Below are positions 35,501 through 49,300 of a stretch of 64,000 nucleotides of DNA, piece after piece. The position numbers and the translations under genes were made by a program. Numbering within the stretch: the stretch's first letter is position 1; every line of letters begins with the position of its first letter. Origin of the DNA: Raillietiella orientalis. Its lineage: Eukaryota. The notes beneath the pieces are model-generated. The model was not told where the DNA came from and made no database searches. It saw nothing but the letters and a program-made list of their open reading frames with translations. The DNA is taken from positions 1,426,001 through 1,490,000 of the forward strand of contig JAYWIR010000031.1 in NCBI GenBank assembly GCA_036172245.1. The letters are read 5' to 3'.

Positions 35501-38500
35501 TAAAGCAATTTAGAAAAATGCAGAAGAGAACAAGAATTTAATTGCCATACGAAACAGAACCTGGAGTATGATGAAGCAGAAACTATTGTAATATCAAATG
35601 CATGTAATGTCATTGATTTTAGATGACAAAATCGAAGTTTCACTTAAACCAAGTTAAATGGGTTTCAGCATTCACAACATGCAACCACTAACTCTCGTAA
35701 ACGGTTTCTATAGGAAATCCAAGGCATTTTGAATTCACGACATTTTACTACCTATGTAGTATAGTTGCTAATTATTCATTTTAGTTTATAAGCTTGAGTT
35801 TTAAGTTTTTAATCTGCCTTGAGATATTTATTAACCATCGAATGAAAAAGCAGGCATTCCATATCTTGGTTAAAAAGCATGTAATTATTTGTCCATGTCA
35901 TACGATCATTTGCACCAGCAATAGGACCTGGAGTGTAATACATGAGATTCCAAAGACAAAGACAAATGCACTTTAAACTAAATAAATTAATGTATTTATC
36001 TATATATATGAGTAAAGAAGTAAACAAACTATCTGCACAGAGTGAGAGTCTCACGACGTGAACAAAGAATTACGCACCTTTTAATGAAACAAAATAATAA
36101 CATTTCTGATTACAAATCATATGATTATATATGTACACATACATGCACACTATAGCAAATACAGTTTCAAATATTTTAAATTGAATTTCAAAATGCTGTT
36201 TCGCTGTATTGCAGTGACGAATTTGAATGTTATTGAAACTGTCATACAACATCCTAAAAGTAATAAAATACAAAACATTACAATGGCATACAATCAAACA
36301 GATACCTCCGCCTACGGGTATGTCATTGTAAGAACACCGATGGCAAGGACCGGAATGACACGAAGGAGCCTAAGAGCAAAAGTCCAATAGTTCGATCAAT
36401 CAAACTATCATTGCAAACGAACAGAACGAACGTATCAAAAAGGAGAAATATTGAAAAGGCACAGTGGATGCTTTCAAACGGAAAACAAAAAAAAATGAAT
36501 GGCTCGGAGTATAAACGTGGAAACACGCGTGTGGTGCTATTTTTTTCCGAGGCTGCGAACTTCCCATCTCGAATGAGCATTCAGAAGAGAAATCTAATAG
36601 AGTTTGAGATCTAAGTAAAAACTACAAAGGGAAATCTACCATCACATTTATCCTCACATTCTAGAGATAGTTGATCCAGGACTTGATGCCAAATAATCAT
36701 GGAATCGATGGAAAAACTCGTGATACAAAATTCAGTCTCATTTACTTAATCAAGATCTGAGGGGAGGGAAGAAAAAAAAATACAAAAGCATTACAGAAAT
36801 GATCGCTGTGTTTTTTGCAGAGGTCATTGGTTTTTCTTCATGTAGAAACGCTATTGGAGAATTTTAATGAATCAGGTGAACTGATTAATTCGAATTAACA
36901 CCAATTTCTAAAAGTAATATTGCAGTCACTCATTGGGACTCAAGAACCAAACACCAGTCATAAGAAAAAAAGTTGCATATCAAAAAGGGAAAAAGATTTT
37001 AGATGGTCTTGCTACCTCCAGAAAGTTTTGTTTACTAAGAAGACTCAAGGAATATTGCTCGTCTTGGCAGTAGAGCTCATTCTGGGTGGCATCTGCTCGA
37101 GGCAAAGCGTAAACCATCTCGCACCATATTTATCTTATGGGGTAGATATCATTTTTCTTTTCTCAGTAACTGCATTCACATCATAATTAATTTCCCAGCT
37201 GTTTAGGAATAACCATGTTATCCATTTCATTATACTTGCTTCCGTTTTTACCTGAATTTTTTTTTTGTGTGTGTGTATTTTTCCCCACATTTCCAAGAAG
37301 TTCGCAACCTTGACTTTTGATTCCAGTCTTATCAGAAAGAACGAAACCATTCTTAATTCAAAACAAAATATCAATTCCCACAGTGAGCAACTGTGTAGAT
37401 TTGAATTCGTGTATTCCACTTTATTATTGTCTGCTAAATTTCACCAAGGACACTTTAGTTTGTCATCGAATACGTCCATGCATAGTGGGAGAGCACTCGG
37501 TGGAGGCTGGAATGCACGAGATTGCCACGAGGAAGAGACTTGGGTTGACACGTGCGTTTCTGCTGCCTTTTTTTCTTGTGTACCAAATGTCCAAAAATAT
37601 ACCCGAGGGGCAAGTACACCTACGAATGCTATCATTCATTCTTTGCATTACATCTTTGCAACAAACTAATTTACAGGGGGGTTACTAGAAAGACGTGTTG
37701 GCCCGATCGAATCAAAAAATTCACACGTGAATGCCTGTGAAAAAAATGCTGTTTAGGAAAGGGAAGTCCTCTTTGACTAGAATCAAAGAAATCAAAGGGA
37801 AACACGCATGGCAAGCTAAAGGACCAGATAAAGAAAACAGATTTTCGATTCGGATAATAACAATACAATCACAAAGGCATAAAACAATTCGAAAGTCTAC
37901 CGATATCTATGCAGTAGTGATGCATACAACTAAATATGCAATTTAAATACATCTTCGTCTTCTACGGGTCAGAAACACAAAAGAAAACGAAATTATAACG
38001 ATAGCAGAAACGTGTGATGCGATTGCAGTCTATGTAGTTGTTATTAATGTATCATGAAGGTTTAGCGATATTTCCAACTTTCATTCCAAACATGCAGTGA
38101 TGTCCTTTTTATGTAACAGATAGTGATTCATAAAGACAGTTACACATTTCAGCACTCCACGATTATTTATTCAGTGAAGCAAAAAGAACTGGCTTCATTT
38201 ACTATTATGAATATGCCATTTGTCACGTTGTTGCTGTTCGTAATTTTTTTTTTTTTCTAAGGAATGAATGAAAATAATAGTCAAATCGATTATTGATCCC
38301 GAAATATGTATTTGTAATTATGCCAATTATATGCATATCTTGAACAAACCACCATCCTTTTGTTGTGTTTTGCAGTTACAGCGGTGTTTGAATGGAGAGC
38401 GCTTAATTGCAAATACATATGCCAGTGTTTTGTTAACAAATATCCTTTCAAGGACTTGGTGTATCAAAAAAATTTTCACATTATATTCCAAGAAATTCCC

Positions 38501-38849
38501 TTTCAAAATGCTACGTCATTCTCAAAGTAATGAGGAGTTTTTTTATTTTAGAGATATATTATTAGTGATTACATTGTACAGTCCATAGCTTCAGTGTGTA
38601 TTCATGATGTTAATTCTCGACAGGCACGAAATTCATGTTTTAATGTTTCAAACGTATATTTAAAGCGATTGTTTGGATTCGATGATAATGTGACACCGTC
38701 TTAGGTAATTTCATTGTATTTTAGAAAAAGGGTTACCTTTAAATATGTGATGAAGGAAATCCAAATTACTGCTGGCAGAAGAATATGCAAAATCGTGATA
38801 TTTATTTACTGAAATCTATTGTGCTTGATTAAAACGTTAAGACTTTCAT

Positions 38850-41800
38850 ATGGCTGACCCCCTGAGCCTCCTTCGCCAGTACAATGTCAACAGAAAAGAA
38901 ATTGTGGAACAAGATGGTTATATTATGTTTGGTGAATTCTCTTGGCCCAAAAATGTGAATACAAATTACCTGGCATATTCGTAAGTAAATTAATAGCCTT
39001 GTGTTTAAATGTACAAGTTAAAACTTTATTTCAAGTTTACTTATGTGTCAGAAATGCACTGAATATCAATCTGTAGAAAGGAATGAAATTCTAGGTATAT
39101 CCAAGTCCACTCTGTGCAAATTGTTTCCAAACAGAAGACTGAGATAGTCTTTGATTACTTCGTGTTTAACTTCTGAAAATTATTAACACTGAAGATTTAT
39201 TGATTTTTTTGTCAGTTTTTGAATTTGGTAGTGTGGATGCAGTAGGTGAATGTAATTCAGTATTCAGAATGATATCTGAAGTGTCACTAGAAGATGATAG
39301 AGTTACATGTTGATTAATTAAATTTAATTTCTTTGTACATTGTGAATAAAGTAATTTATAAACAAACAAATGTAAATGGAATAAAAATATATAATAGCAT
39401 GGAAACCAGTTTGTGGGCTTGCAAATTTTCTGTTATTCTCATGATACAAGAATAACATGCAAATGAAAAAAAAAGCCAGAATAAGCAAGTTTCCTGTGGC
39501 AGCTTGTATATGGGTGTAAAAAAGAGATTAGAAGAAGGATAGGTGAACTGCGGAATTAAAATTAGAAAACAAAGAAAAAAGTATTTATTGATATTTTAAA
39601 GAAATTGTAGTAGTTTTATCCTCCAAGGATGAGTAGCAACCCCTTCCATTTGTGTGTTCTAACCAAGCAACTTAGAACCTAGATTTGCAAGATTAATTGT
39701 TCAAAATTAGAATTGCTCATAAAATATCCATCAGAAGTTACAGTTACCCTGTTTGAAATCTGAAAGTTCACTGCAGTTTGAATTCATATATGATACACGT
39801 TCTTCACTTATTTGTCAGGGGACCTTGGCTTTTGAATGGCTGTATAAGACGTGTGAAGTCTTGTGAAATTTGAATGTGTCATGTGTCAATGTATCATTTG
39901 TTGATTCATTTATGCAATAAATTTTCATTTTGGTTTTCCTTTATTAATACAGGAAATTTAAATTTCCTGTATTAATAAGTTATTATTTTTTAGTTAATGT
40001 TGGAAAATTTTATATATTAAATAAAGGTTTTCTCCTTTTCTTGTTTTTGCAGAGACCTTTTCCTTATTTTCTTGTATTAATATTTTTCTTTGAATCCTAA
40101 TTTATATTAATCCCAATTTATATGTTTCATTTTTCAAAAATGTATGTTGCATAATCTTTATCCAAGTTTAATAGGATGATTCTCTTTTTAGTGTTTTTTA
40201 TGTAATTAGTTAGTGTTTATATCACTTATTGATACTGAAAATTTTGGTTTTGAATGTGTCCAATTTTTTCATCCTATTTTCATCAAGATGAGTTGTTTCC
40301 CAAAGTAAAAATGCTATTAAAGAATATGATTGGAGATATGAAATATACTTTAATGTAATATATAGACCATTAAATATAAGGAAAATTCCAATTCCAATGA
40401 CTTGTTCTGTGTGTAGGATTTTGCTTCTTTTCTTCTAACAGATAGTAATAATGTGAACTTGTGTGTGAATATTTCTGAGTACTACATACAGTAATATATG
40501 TAATCATGTATTGTGTAAACTGTAAACAGGAAAAGTGGAGTTTATACAATGTCGATGCAGAACCCTGGTTAGATGCTGCATGTTAACACTCTTATTTCTC
40601 AAGTTTGTTTCATATTCTCTATTTTCTTGGGGATTATTGCTGCCCATGTAATCATTTAGCATCAGCCAGTTTTCGACTTATACTTTCATTCATTCTTTTC
40701 AGACTTGTATCCTTGCCCCCACCCTTTTTTTTTTTTTTCTTCTCAGAAACTTGGAATTTTTATTATGAATTTATTTAAAAAGTAATAAGAAATTGTAATT
40801 AAAAGCATTAAAAAATCTGTACTTTAATATTTGATTTCATATATTGCAATGGGATGTTTTTTTCATTTATGGTGAATTCATTATATTTTCAAGTGCACGG
40901 AAACCTGGTGCTCCAAAAGAGTACTATACTCTGGAAACCTTGCTTTTCTTCTTGAAGAATGTGAAACTTCAGCATCCTGTCTATGTCCGTCAGGCTGCAG
41001 TAAGTGCTATTGCAAGAAAGATGGTATCTTATTTGGTCCTAGACTGAAAAGATACCTGCTGTGCATCTCCCAGATAGGAAAGAATTATTAGCCTATTTAA
41101 ATGGGGAAAATACTACGTCAACAAGTATCGATAAATCTGCTCCACTTGAAATACCTACACAAGTACTTTTCATTTTTCAATCATTTTCACAAATTGAATG
41201 TGCCATATATAGATCAAACGGCCAAGTGAGCAGAATGAATGTTCTGTGTCTAAAAAAGCCTGTTTGGAGGGAATCGAAGTACAAAAAGTAAAAGAACATC
41301 TTCTTGCACGTCTAGATGCCCCTAAAGAGTCATCTGTAACAATAGATAATATCAAGTTAGTAAATAAGTAGTATTTTATTTATTGGATATGTTTGGCTAG
41401 ATCTTTGTCAGATGCTATGTCTGTGGAGAAAATTGCAGCAATCAAAGCAAAACGTTTGGCAAAAAAAAGACAAACAATCAAAGCTGATGATGTGAATCAA
41501 TTAGGATCAGAAATACGTAGCATGCTAGACTTTGATAAGGACTTTGCATCAAGAGAGCGTCAGTGGCGTACGAGAACAACTATCATACAAAGCAGTGGCA
41601 AGGTTAGATATATTTCGTTACATACAGTTCTATCAGGAGATACCACAGGTATTTGCCAAGAATGTGCTTGCAATTTTGCAATCTGTAAAAGCAAGAGAAG
41701 ATGGAAGGAAAGTCCCTCCACCAGAACATGCCAGTACACCAAAACCAATTCCTCAGACAAGAATGCTCCCTCCACCTCCTGTATATAGCCGCTATGATCA

Positions 41801-43081
41801 GGAACGTTACAGTCGTTATGATCAAGAACGATTTGGGGGCAAAGGTAGATTTTAAAAATTGTGAGAACAGTTTATTTTGGTTATTAGTGGATACGGAAGG
41901 CTTCAACATTGACATACATAGCACATACAGTGGACTTTCCTTAAAATCTGTCACTGAAGGTGTGCAGCATCGCAAACCAGTTCCATCCACCCCATCTGTT
42001 CAACCACAGGTGCTCTAGTTCCATTTTCAAGCATTTGCATGTATTATTTTCTTTAAGCGCTCCCTTCAACCTGTGCATCCAGCTAAAAGACCATCACGCA
42101 CGCCCATTATCATCATCCCTGCAGCCAATACTTCGTTAATCACCATGTATAACGCAAAGGAGATTCTCCAGGATCTCAAGTGAGTTTGCCATAGCCACCA
42201 TTATTGTCTTTTTTAGATATGTAAGCACTGATGACAAGAAGGCACAAGGTATCAAGCGGGAAAACGAAATACTCATTCAGCGGCGCAAAGAGAGCAATCT
42301 TTCGGTTCCATACAGAGTTGTGGACAACCCCATTAAGCTAACTGATCATGACTGGGATCGAGTGGTTGCTGTATTTGTCATGGGTCCAGCATGGCAGTTC
42401 AAGGGTTGGCCTTGGGATGGCAATCCTGTTACCATCTTTTCCAAAAGTGAGCGCCAATTCCACAGAAGCAGCTTTCTAAACCAAATGGATCAGTACAAGC
42501 TTTTCATCTTAAATGGGATGAAATGAAACTAGACAGTAACGTCTCCAAATGGAATGTGCATGTTATCCAGTTATCTAGAACGAAGCGTCACCTAGATCGA
42601 GCCCAACTTATGAGTTTCTGGGAAGTTTTAGACAAGTAAGTAAATATGTTCAAAAAAGTTTCCTCGGAACTAGAGATAGGCTTGCTGTTATTGCACTGTT
42701 ATTTTGTACCTAACTCAGGAAGGTTATTAGAGAGACATAATGCAAAGAATTTAGGCATCAGGCATTCTTGTGGGAGCATCTTCTAACAGGTGTGCATACT
42801 AAACAAGACAAGAGAACGGAATCATCAAAGGATAAAAAAACTGACCTGAACAGATGCTGCATTTGTTATCATGTATGGAATTAGCATAATGTTCTTGTGT
42901 AAACATTTAGTTGTGTGATGGCCCTCTTGTTAGCACATTCACACATCTACGTGTTTAGATGTTCCTTTTTAGATCATAAGATACGTTTGCAGATGTTAGC
43001 TTTGAATGTTGTATCTTCATTAATAAGTAATCATCTCATTGCAGGTACATGCTGAAAAACAAATCTCATTTGAGATTCTGA
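38850..43081 (+). CDS. CDC73: Parafibromin / Cdc73 / hyrax, PAF1 complex subunit, 11 coding exons
   Basis: In-frame GT-AG exons: 38850-38980 ([12 protein letters not shown]), 40894-40999, 41043-41162, 41213-41355, 41401-41602 ([23 protein letters not shown]...SRERQWRTR), 41649-41844, 41888-42009, 42058-42179 (SRTPIIIIP), 42217-42446 ([21 protein letters not shown]), 42494-42635 (KRHLDR), and 43045-43081 ([15 protein letters not shown]). Confidence 0.97.
39941..39978. repeat. Perfect 38-bp palindrome in CDC73 intron 1
   Basis: TTATTAATACAGGAAATTT|AAATTTCCTGTATTAATAA, with no spacer. Confidence 0.95.
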
Positions 43082-45296
43082 GAAATGGCTCTCTCTGCAT
43101 GTATGGCTCTCATCAGTAAATAGATGCCTCCTTTTGGGGAACAGTATACTTCAATGAAGGTTTTACAGAAAAATGTGTGTCTGTCACATATACAGTGTTC
43201 AACATGTAAGAGTTTCAGTATTCGTACAGAATGGGAGTAAAAATTGCATTGCACTTGTTGAAAAGCTCAGAATTTATATCTGCAAACATAAAATCAGAAA
43301 TCATATCTTCAGATTTCCCAAAATCACAGTTGGATCCGGATAAATATTTAGTTAAATGACATGTGCATCAGAGGGGATGCATCATTTTATATCACAAACA
43401 CCTGTATCTTGTAACCTGTTATCTGCCCCATTCTTCTGACTTACATGCATTGTTTTCACCATTTCAAGCTTAAAGCCGGTCTTTAATAAAAGACTCAGCA
43501 AATGTATCACGAAAAAGTCGAAATTTTTTGTTTCTTCAAGTAGAATCAAAACCTCAACAAACAACATGTTTAACATTCATCAAAAACTCCAGATTCTGTA
43601 TGGCCAATTGAAATCTAAGCATTTAAATAAATTTGGACTTGAACTTTAACCAAAGAAATGATATCTAAGTTTATCATGTGTTTCTAAAATCGTAAGGCAC
43701 AGTACCAATTTGAAAATTAGTGTTGTACGTGTACCACTGGCGCATTTGTTCCCGTATTTTTGGGTTTTACATGGGCCCATGAACTACAAACCCCAACTAT
43801 CTAGATGTGATCCCAATGTCTTGCTAATCGCCTTTACATGATAATCTAGAAATTATCTGCATTTCAGTGGAAGCAGCTGGTTTTCCAAAAATGCATAAAA
43901 CTTGGTTCAGAGTGGTTTGGGGGTCGTTAAGGTTTGCGTTTGCAAGGGAGTACAGCATTCAGTGGAAAAGTCAACAGACCTGTATGTTGAAATTCTCTTT
44001 TGCTTGACATCAAAGATCAAAAGATATTGAAATATGATCAAAACACTGCTAGGCCAGCTGTCCTTGGTATTGCACCTTGCACTCCCCAATTGAGCGACTA
44101 GATACAGAATATCATCATCTTGTAACTATCGGAATGATTTGATGTGAATGTGAACAGTTGTTAACCAATGAGGTTTTGTGCGAGTTAAAAAAAAAAAAAA
44201 AAAAAAAAAAATCGTCGCAGACTTGCATCTCAGAAACGCCGAAGACGAATTTATTCTGTGTATTCTGGATTGCTTTCAGCATCTGAATAGACCAAATGTT
44301 GGACGCTCTCTAGGAGGATTCGAATTAAATCAACACGTTACTCAGGTATTGTGATACGTCTCATAGGGAGGGAATGAGGCATGAATGGCAATTCTGTCCC
44401 GCTGAAAAAATTAACCTGCAGTATGCTTGAAAGCCCCGAGCGTGTTTCGTATCGAATCGGAACGCTGTTTTTTTGTTTTTTTTTTTTTGAATGCAGTGCA
44501 GAACAGCATGCAGAAAAAGGTTCACGTTTGACTCGAGCGTGGCTGTGTGGCGGCATGTTGCGCGCTGTCTTCGAAAAGCACACCCCAAAAGGTAAATGCA
44601 TCCTTCTGCTGTGAGAGTGCCTTTTCTAATTCGGGCTCGGATCGTGTACGTTTGGTGGTCGTCGGCATCCTTCGCGACAAGGAGCAGACTCGGATTCCGT
44701 TTGACTTGGCCCTGCAACTCCCCCTTCGTCCTGGGGGATCCCCCAAGATGGGACGTTTTGCTGGTCATCATCGGAGACGGAACACGCGGCTACCCTTTCT
44801 TGAGATTTCGTGGCACCTCCTTGCGCCGCAGGGCAAACCGTGTCCTCCAAGATCTCGGGAAACCGATCCGAAGGCTCCAAGCGGTCTCGGTGCCTTCTTG
44901 GGTGATGGGTCTCGGTGTGTTTGTAGGTCTGATGCAGGTCTTAGGAATAATCATCATCTGCGGCTCACAGTGCAGACGTTTTATGGGTACGGCTAATCCG
45001 ACGCGGATGCTATGATTTTGGGAAAGTTTGTGCAACTGTTTGCAAAATTCACATTCTCACTGCTGGTTATGTGTAATTTTTTTTTGTAATATGAAAGCTT
45101 CTTATAAATTTTGGATTATTCGTTCAGAGTTGAGTAGCTCATAGTATATGGCGGCAACATTCATTTTGGTTTGGCAGGCTTGTATTCTGCAGTATTCAGA
45201 TATTTAATGCTTCTTCATTGGTTCGTACGGCAAAGTGTTTTTGGAAATTTTGTGTGAGGACCGACTGCCCCGTGTTTTCCCTTTTCTTCGTTTCCT

Positions 45297-46313
45297 TCAT
45301 TTTTTCGTTTCATTCCTTTTGGTGGAATCGAACCGCTTTTGGAAAGCGACTCTCTTTTCGTCACAGGACGCTTTGGAAGATAGGTAGATGGATGCTTTGA
45401 TGTTTTTGAGGCAACTCTTGACCTTGTTTGAAGCACTGCGTTGACCCCCTTCGTTCTCGGCTGCGTGTGTTTGCGCCTCATTACCATCCACCGGCGTGCT
45501 GATGGACGGCGAATCGGTGGATCGAGCACTTTCCTTGCTGTCTTGTGGCTGACCACTTTCACTTACCCTGCATCCACCCGTTCCTTGCGTAGAGGGGTCG
45601 GCAGTGTGGTTTTTCCTGGGTCGACTGGTTTGGGGGTCGCTGAAGCTGCTCTGCAAGTAAGCTTTCACCTGGGGTACTTGGGAAAGCAAGCGACCCAAAT
45701 CTGCTGCATTTCGGATTCCAATGACGAATTGTATGACCGCGTTCTCGTCGTCCTCAGAGATCAGCTTCTTGATGTTCAGATTACGAATTTTCATGTAGTC
45801 AGGGTGAAAAGGAACTTGAAAGGAAATCTTGAAAGGGTCCAGCATCCTTCTGAAAGATCCGTCGAATTTGAGTTTTGACTTTGAGGATGTTTGCAAGGTC
45901 TTTTCAGAGCCAGACTTGCTGATCTGTATCCGGGATTTGCTTCTCAGACTTGAGGCCTCGAGTGACTTTGGTCTGTTTTGTACTCTCGAATTTGCTTTCT
46001 TCAGTACACCATCTTCCCTTTTATAGGTACTTTTCGTTCCCATGTTGCTTTTTGCATTGCCGGATAGATTGCCTTTAAGAGCAGCATTCTGTCCCCTTTG
46101 AGATTCTTTCTTAAGTTTCAGTTCGATTTGATTCATGATATCTGTTTCTGTGAAGTCTTTGAAGAAAGTGTTTTTTGTTGCGTTACCATTGCATTTGGCA
46201 TCCAATCTACAAGTTTGATCCTGGGATGAGACGTCGTCGGAAGTAGAACAGTCATCTAAAGCATGTTTCAGCACATGAGTGCCAGTCAAAGGCAACGGTC
46301 CTTCCGTTTGCAC
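45297..46313 (-). CDS. Unknown Lys/Ser-rich ORF (338 aa); possibly an exon or pseudogene segment
   Basis: 1-kb open frame in sequence of moderate GC, with protein-like composition. It has no ATG start and no recognised domain. Protein-like but stop-interrupted frames continue upstream to ~46790. Confidence 0.4.
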   Translation of the reverse strand: MQTEGPLPLTGTHVLKHALDDCSTSDDVSSQDQTCRLDAKCNGNATKNTFFKDFTETDIMNQIELKLKKESQRGQNAALKGNLSGNAKSNMGTKSTYKREDGVLKKANSRVQNRPKSLEASSLRSKSRIQISKSGSEKTLQTSSKSKLKFDGSFRRMLDPFKISFQVPFHPDYMKIRNLNIKKLISEDDENAVIQFVIGIRNAADLGRLLSQVPQVKAYLQSSFSDPQTSRPRKNHTADPSTQGTGGCRVSESGQPQDSKESARSTDSPSISTPVDGNEAQTHAAENEGGQRSASNKVKSCLKNIKASIYLSSKASCDEKRVAFQKRFDSTKRNETKK

Positions 46314-49300
46314 GCTGTTGCTTTGCTTTCATAAAAAAGGTTGGAACGAGGTGTTAGTGGTTTTTAGCAGCATACCTGATTCACCTGCTCGTTTCTGAAA
46401 AAGTTACTTCTGTGGTTTGTCCTTGAATCAGGCTTTCGTAAGTTCTTCAGCAGGGATTCCAGATTTTCCACCTTCATCTGACTGTTTGTTAACTAAACAA
46501 GACATTTCTTTTTCAACCGATCATTCAGTTCCAAGAGCGGGATTATATCTCTTGTATTTATTATCTCATAGCCTTTACTGTGCTTCAGGTAATCCCTATC
46601 TTTCAGGCTCTAGGCAGGGTGTGTGTATTTGGTGTACGTAAATTTTTTGAAGTGAGCCCTTTGCGGTTTCATAGTCGGTTCGTCTGAATCATCAAACGCT
46701 GATTCAGTCAGTGTAGGTGCACTTCTTTTCGGTTACAACATATCCCGTCATTGGAAATTTTTGTCGCAAAATTTTCGATTTGGCCATGGATTAATTGATT
46801 TGCTGCTCACTTAAGAACGAATGTGTAGATTGTCTTAATGAAATTGGGCTGTAAAAAGAAGGCAAATTCAGAAATCGACATTCCTGTGCATACCACGAGA
46901 AAAGCGATTCGCCCCTCGTTTGTCCCTTCGGGGGACTCATGCCCGCCCAGAACGGCCTGGACTCGGAAAAGGTGATCTTCAAGCGTCAGAGCGACCTCGC
47001 CAAAATGATCGTGATGCCCTGCTTCGTACTAACCGGAGTTGAGTGGGAAGCTTTTCCCATTTCGTTGGTGGAGTTGTGCGAGAAAGTCGAGGTCTTTGGA
47101 GGTCTAACTTCCTCGTTCATCGGCAGTTTAAAAAAAATATCGGCGATGTGACTTTTCGCGTTCTGAAATCACCGTAAGGATCAGTGAGCATGCGGCGGAT
47201 CCGGTGCCTGGCGAAATGTCCCTTTGCAACTCTGCGATCCTCCTGACGAGTCGTCGCGAGGTTTTGACATTTCCAACAACACGTTTGCCTGACCACCGTA
47301 GTCGCACGAAACAGCTTGGAATTTTCTCTCACTGCTTGATCAGTAGCGACGGATTTCAACAAGTGCCTCCGGTTCAAACAAGGCAGCTTTGCCGCAAGAA
47401 GCTCGGGGCTGCGGAAGACTGCCAGCTGTATTGCGAGAACGGTGATCGTGAGCAGTCACAGGGCAGTTTAAAGAAGGCTCGGAAGTGTTTGCGAAAACGG
47501 GAAACGTGTTGCTCACTGAGGAAAGGAAAAGTGTGGCCAGCAGGAGCTGGAGCTGGCACCGGGAGTCGTCCCCCGAGCTCGTGCTGTTGAGTCGAACGGA
47601 AAGGAAGCGGTCACCAAGATGTTTCTCTTCCGAAGAGCACAGCGGAGGGTAACGTGGAAGCTTCCGGCTGTGTGACTCGGGAACTCCGCAAAGCCATTGC
47701 CACCCGGCCTGCTCCTGACAAGGGGGGAGACGTGCAGGTAGGCATTTCCTACCTCGCTCGCGTCTTGCAAGCTGAGCGCTCATCGCAGGATCCTCTCAGA
47801 CTTCCGCAAACGCCTCGATCAAGAGTCAGCGCATAGGTTGCTCGGAGCACACGTAGGCGGAAGACGGCAGCAGAAGGGATGGGTGTTTATCCTGTCACAT
47901 CCTACGGCGGATCCGTCAGCACCTGAGCTGCTGAGCGCACGCTTGGCTCGGAAAACGGCCGTCGCCGCCCAATTTCGCCTGCCAAACCTTCGATGTGGGA
48001 TGGCGCTGGCGGTTCCCCGATACACCGGCGGTCGGTATTCCTGGGCATGCGTGCGCAAGTGTGTTACGTGCCTTCACGAAGACCTTTTTGCGCCCGCGGT
48101 GCACGCGAAGATTTTTCAAACCCAGGTTTCTCCAAATCATCCCTTGGAGCCAAAATCGAAGCTGCCATGTACCAAATTGCAGTGGCAGCAGCCTCAGCGA
48201 TGTATCAGTAAAAGAAAAGGTATGAATTAGCAAAATAACGGTTCTGCAGTGCAGCGCTTGGGAGTGCCTGGTGTTTCGCTTGGTACTGAACACGGTGAGA
48301 ATTGGGTAGCAAGGAAGACCTTTCGCGTTAGGATGAAGGGGAACTCGAGGCACCGAGATGTCAGATCTGAAGTCGAGACTTCCAAGCGGCGGCAGTTCCC
48401 GTGGAGTCTTGAGCAAAGGAAGCGAAGAAAAGGGCGTGCACCGCCGGACCGGTGATGCAGGATCCGCGAGAACAAACTGCCGCCAGAGGGGGGGGGGAGG
48501 TAGAGAGAGGCACGAGAGCCTAAGGCGAGGTTGGCGGGGGAGACCTGTAAGAGAGCGGGAAAGAGGAGGAGAAACGCAGGGGCAGAGACGCCGGAAGCTC
48601 GGCTGGGGGGTGGGGCTTCCGGTGTCTGGGAGCGTGCAGCCCCCCGACGCCGGAGGCAATTCAGGCATTCTTAGCGTCCGCCACGTTCCCCGCCCTGCGC
48701 GTGCAGGAGGAAGAGGTAGAGGGAAGGAGAGTGGGCACCGAACCCGTGCAACTCTCAAGCTGCGCGTCTCCTTTCCGGGTTTTTTTTCTTTTCCCTTTTT
48801 TTTAGCTGAACACTGGAAGAGCCCGCGGATGCGTGAGGAACGCAACCTCGCAGGGATGGTGGTCGCGGATCAGGCCGTCCCTGCTGCCGCCTCTGCGGGA
48901 TGGGGGGGGGGGGGGAGAATCGAAGTGGAGCGACCAGAAGCGAGAACTCCAGGCGAGCTCCCTCTGTTGGCCTCCGCCAGCGAGGTGTGCTCCGAGCTGT
49001 CACATCCAGCAGCCAGGGTCGCGGGCGGAAAGCGCCGAAGACGCCCTTCCTACCCCACCTCGGGACCATTTTGCACACTCAACACTACTGACACAGCACG
49101 CAGCGGGTGTTTTTTGCATGCCTGTATGGGCCGGCGTCACCGTCTAACGGAGCGTCGCCTCTCAAAAGGAGATACGAGCGCGGCAGGGGGAGGCGTACCT
49201 TGTTGTTAGAGGAGTCCAGCTCCCTGGTCGCCTCCTCCAGCATTTTGGAGAACCTGTGCTTTTCGTTCTCGGAGTGTCTGCAGATCCTCGCCATCTCCTG

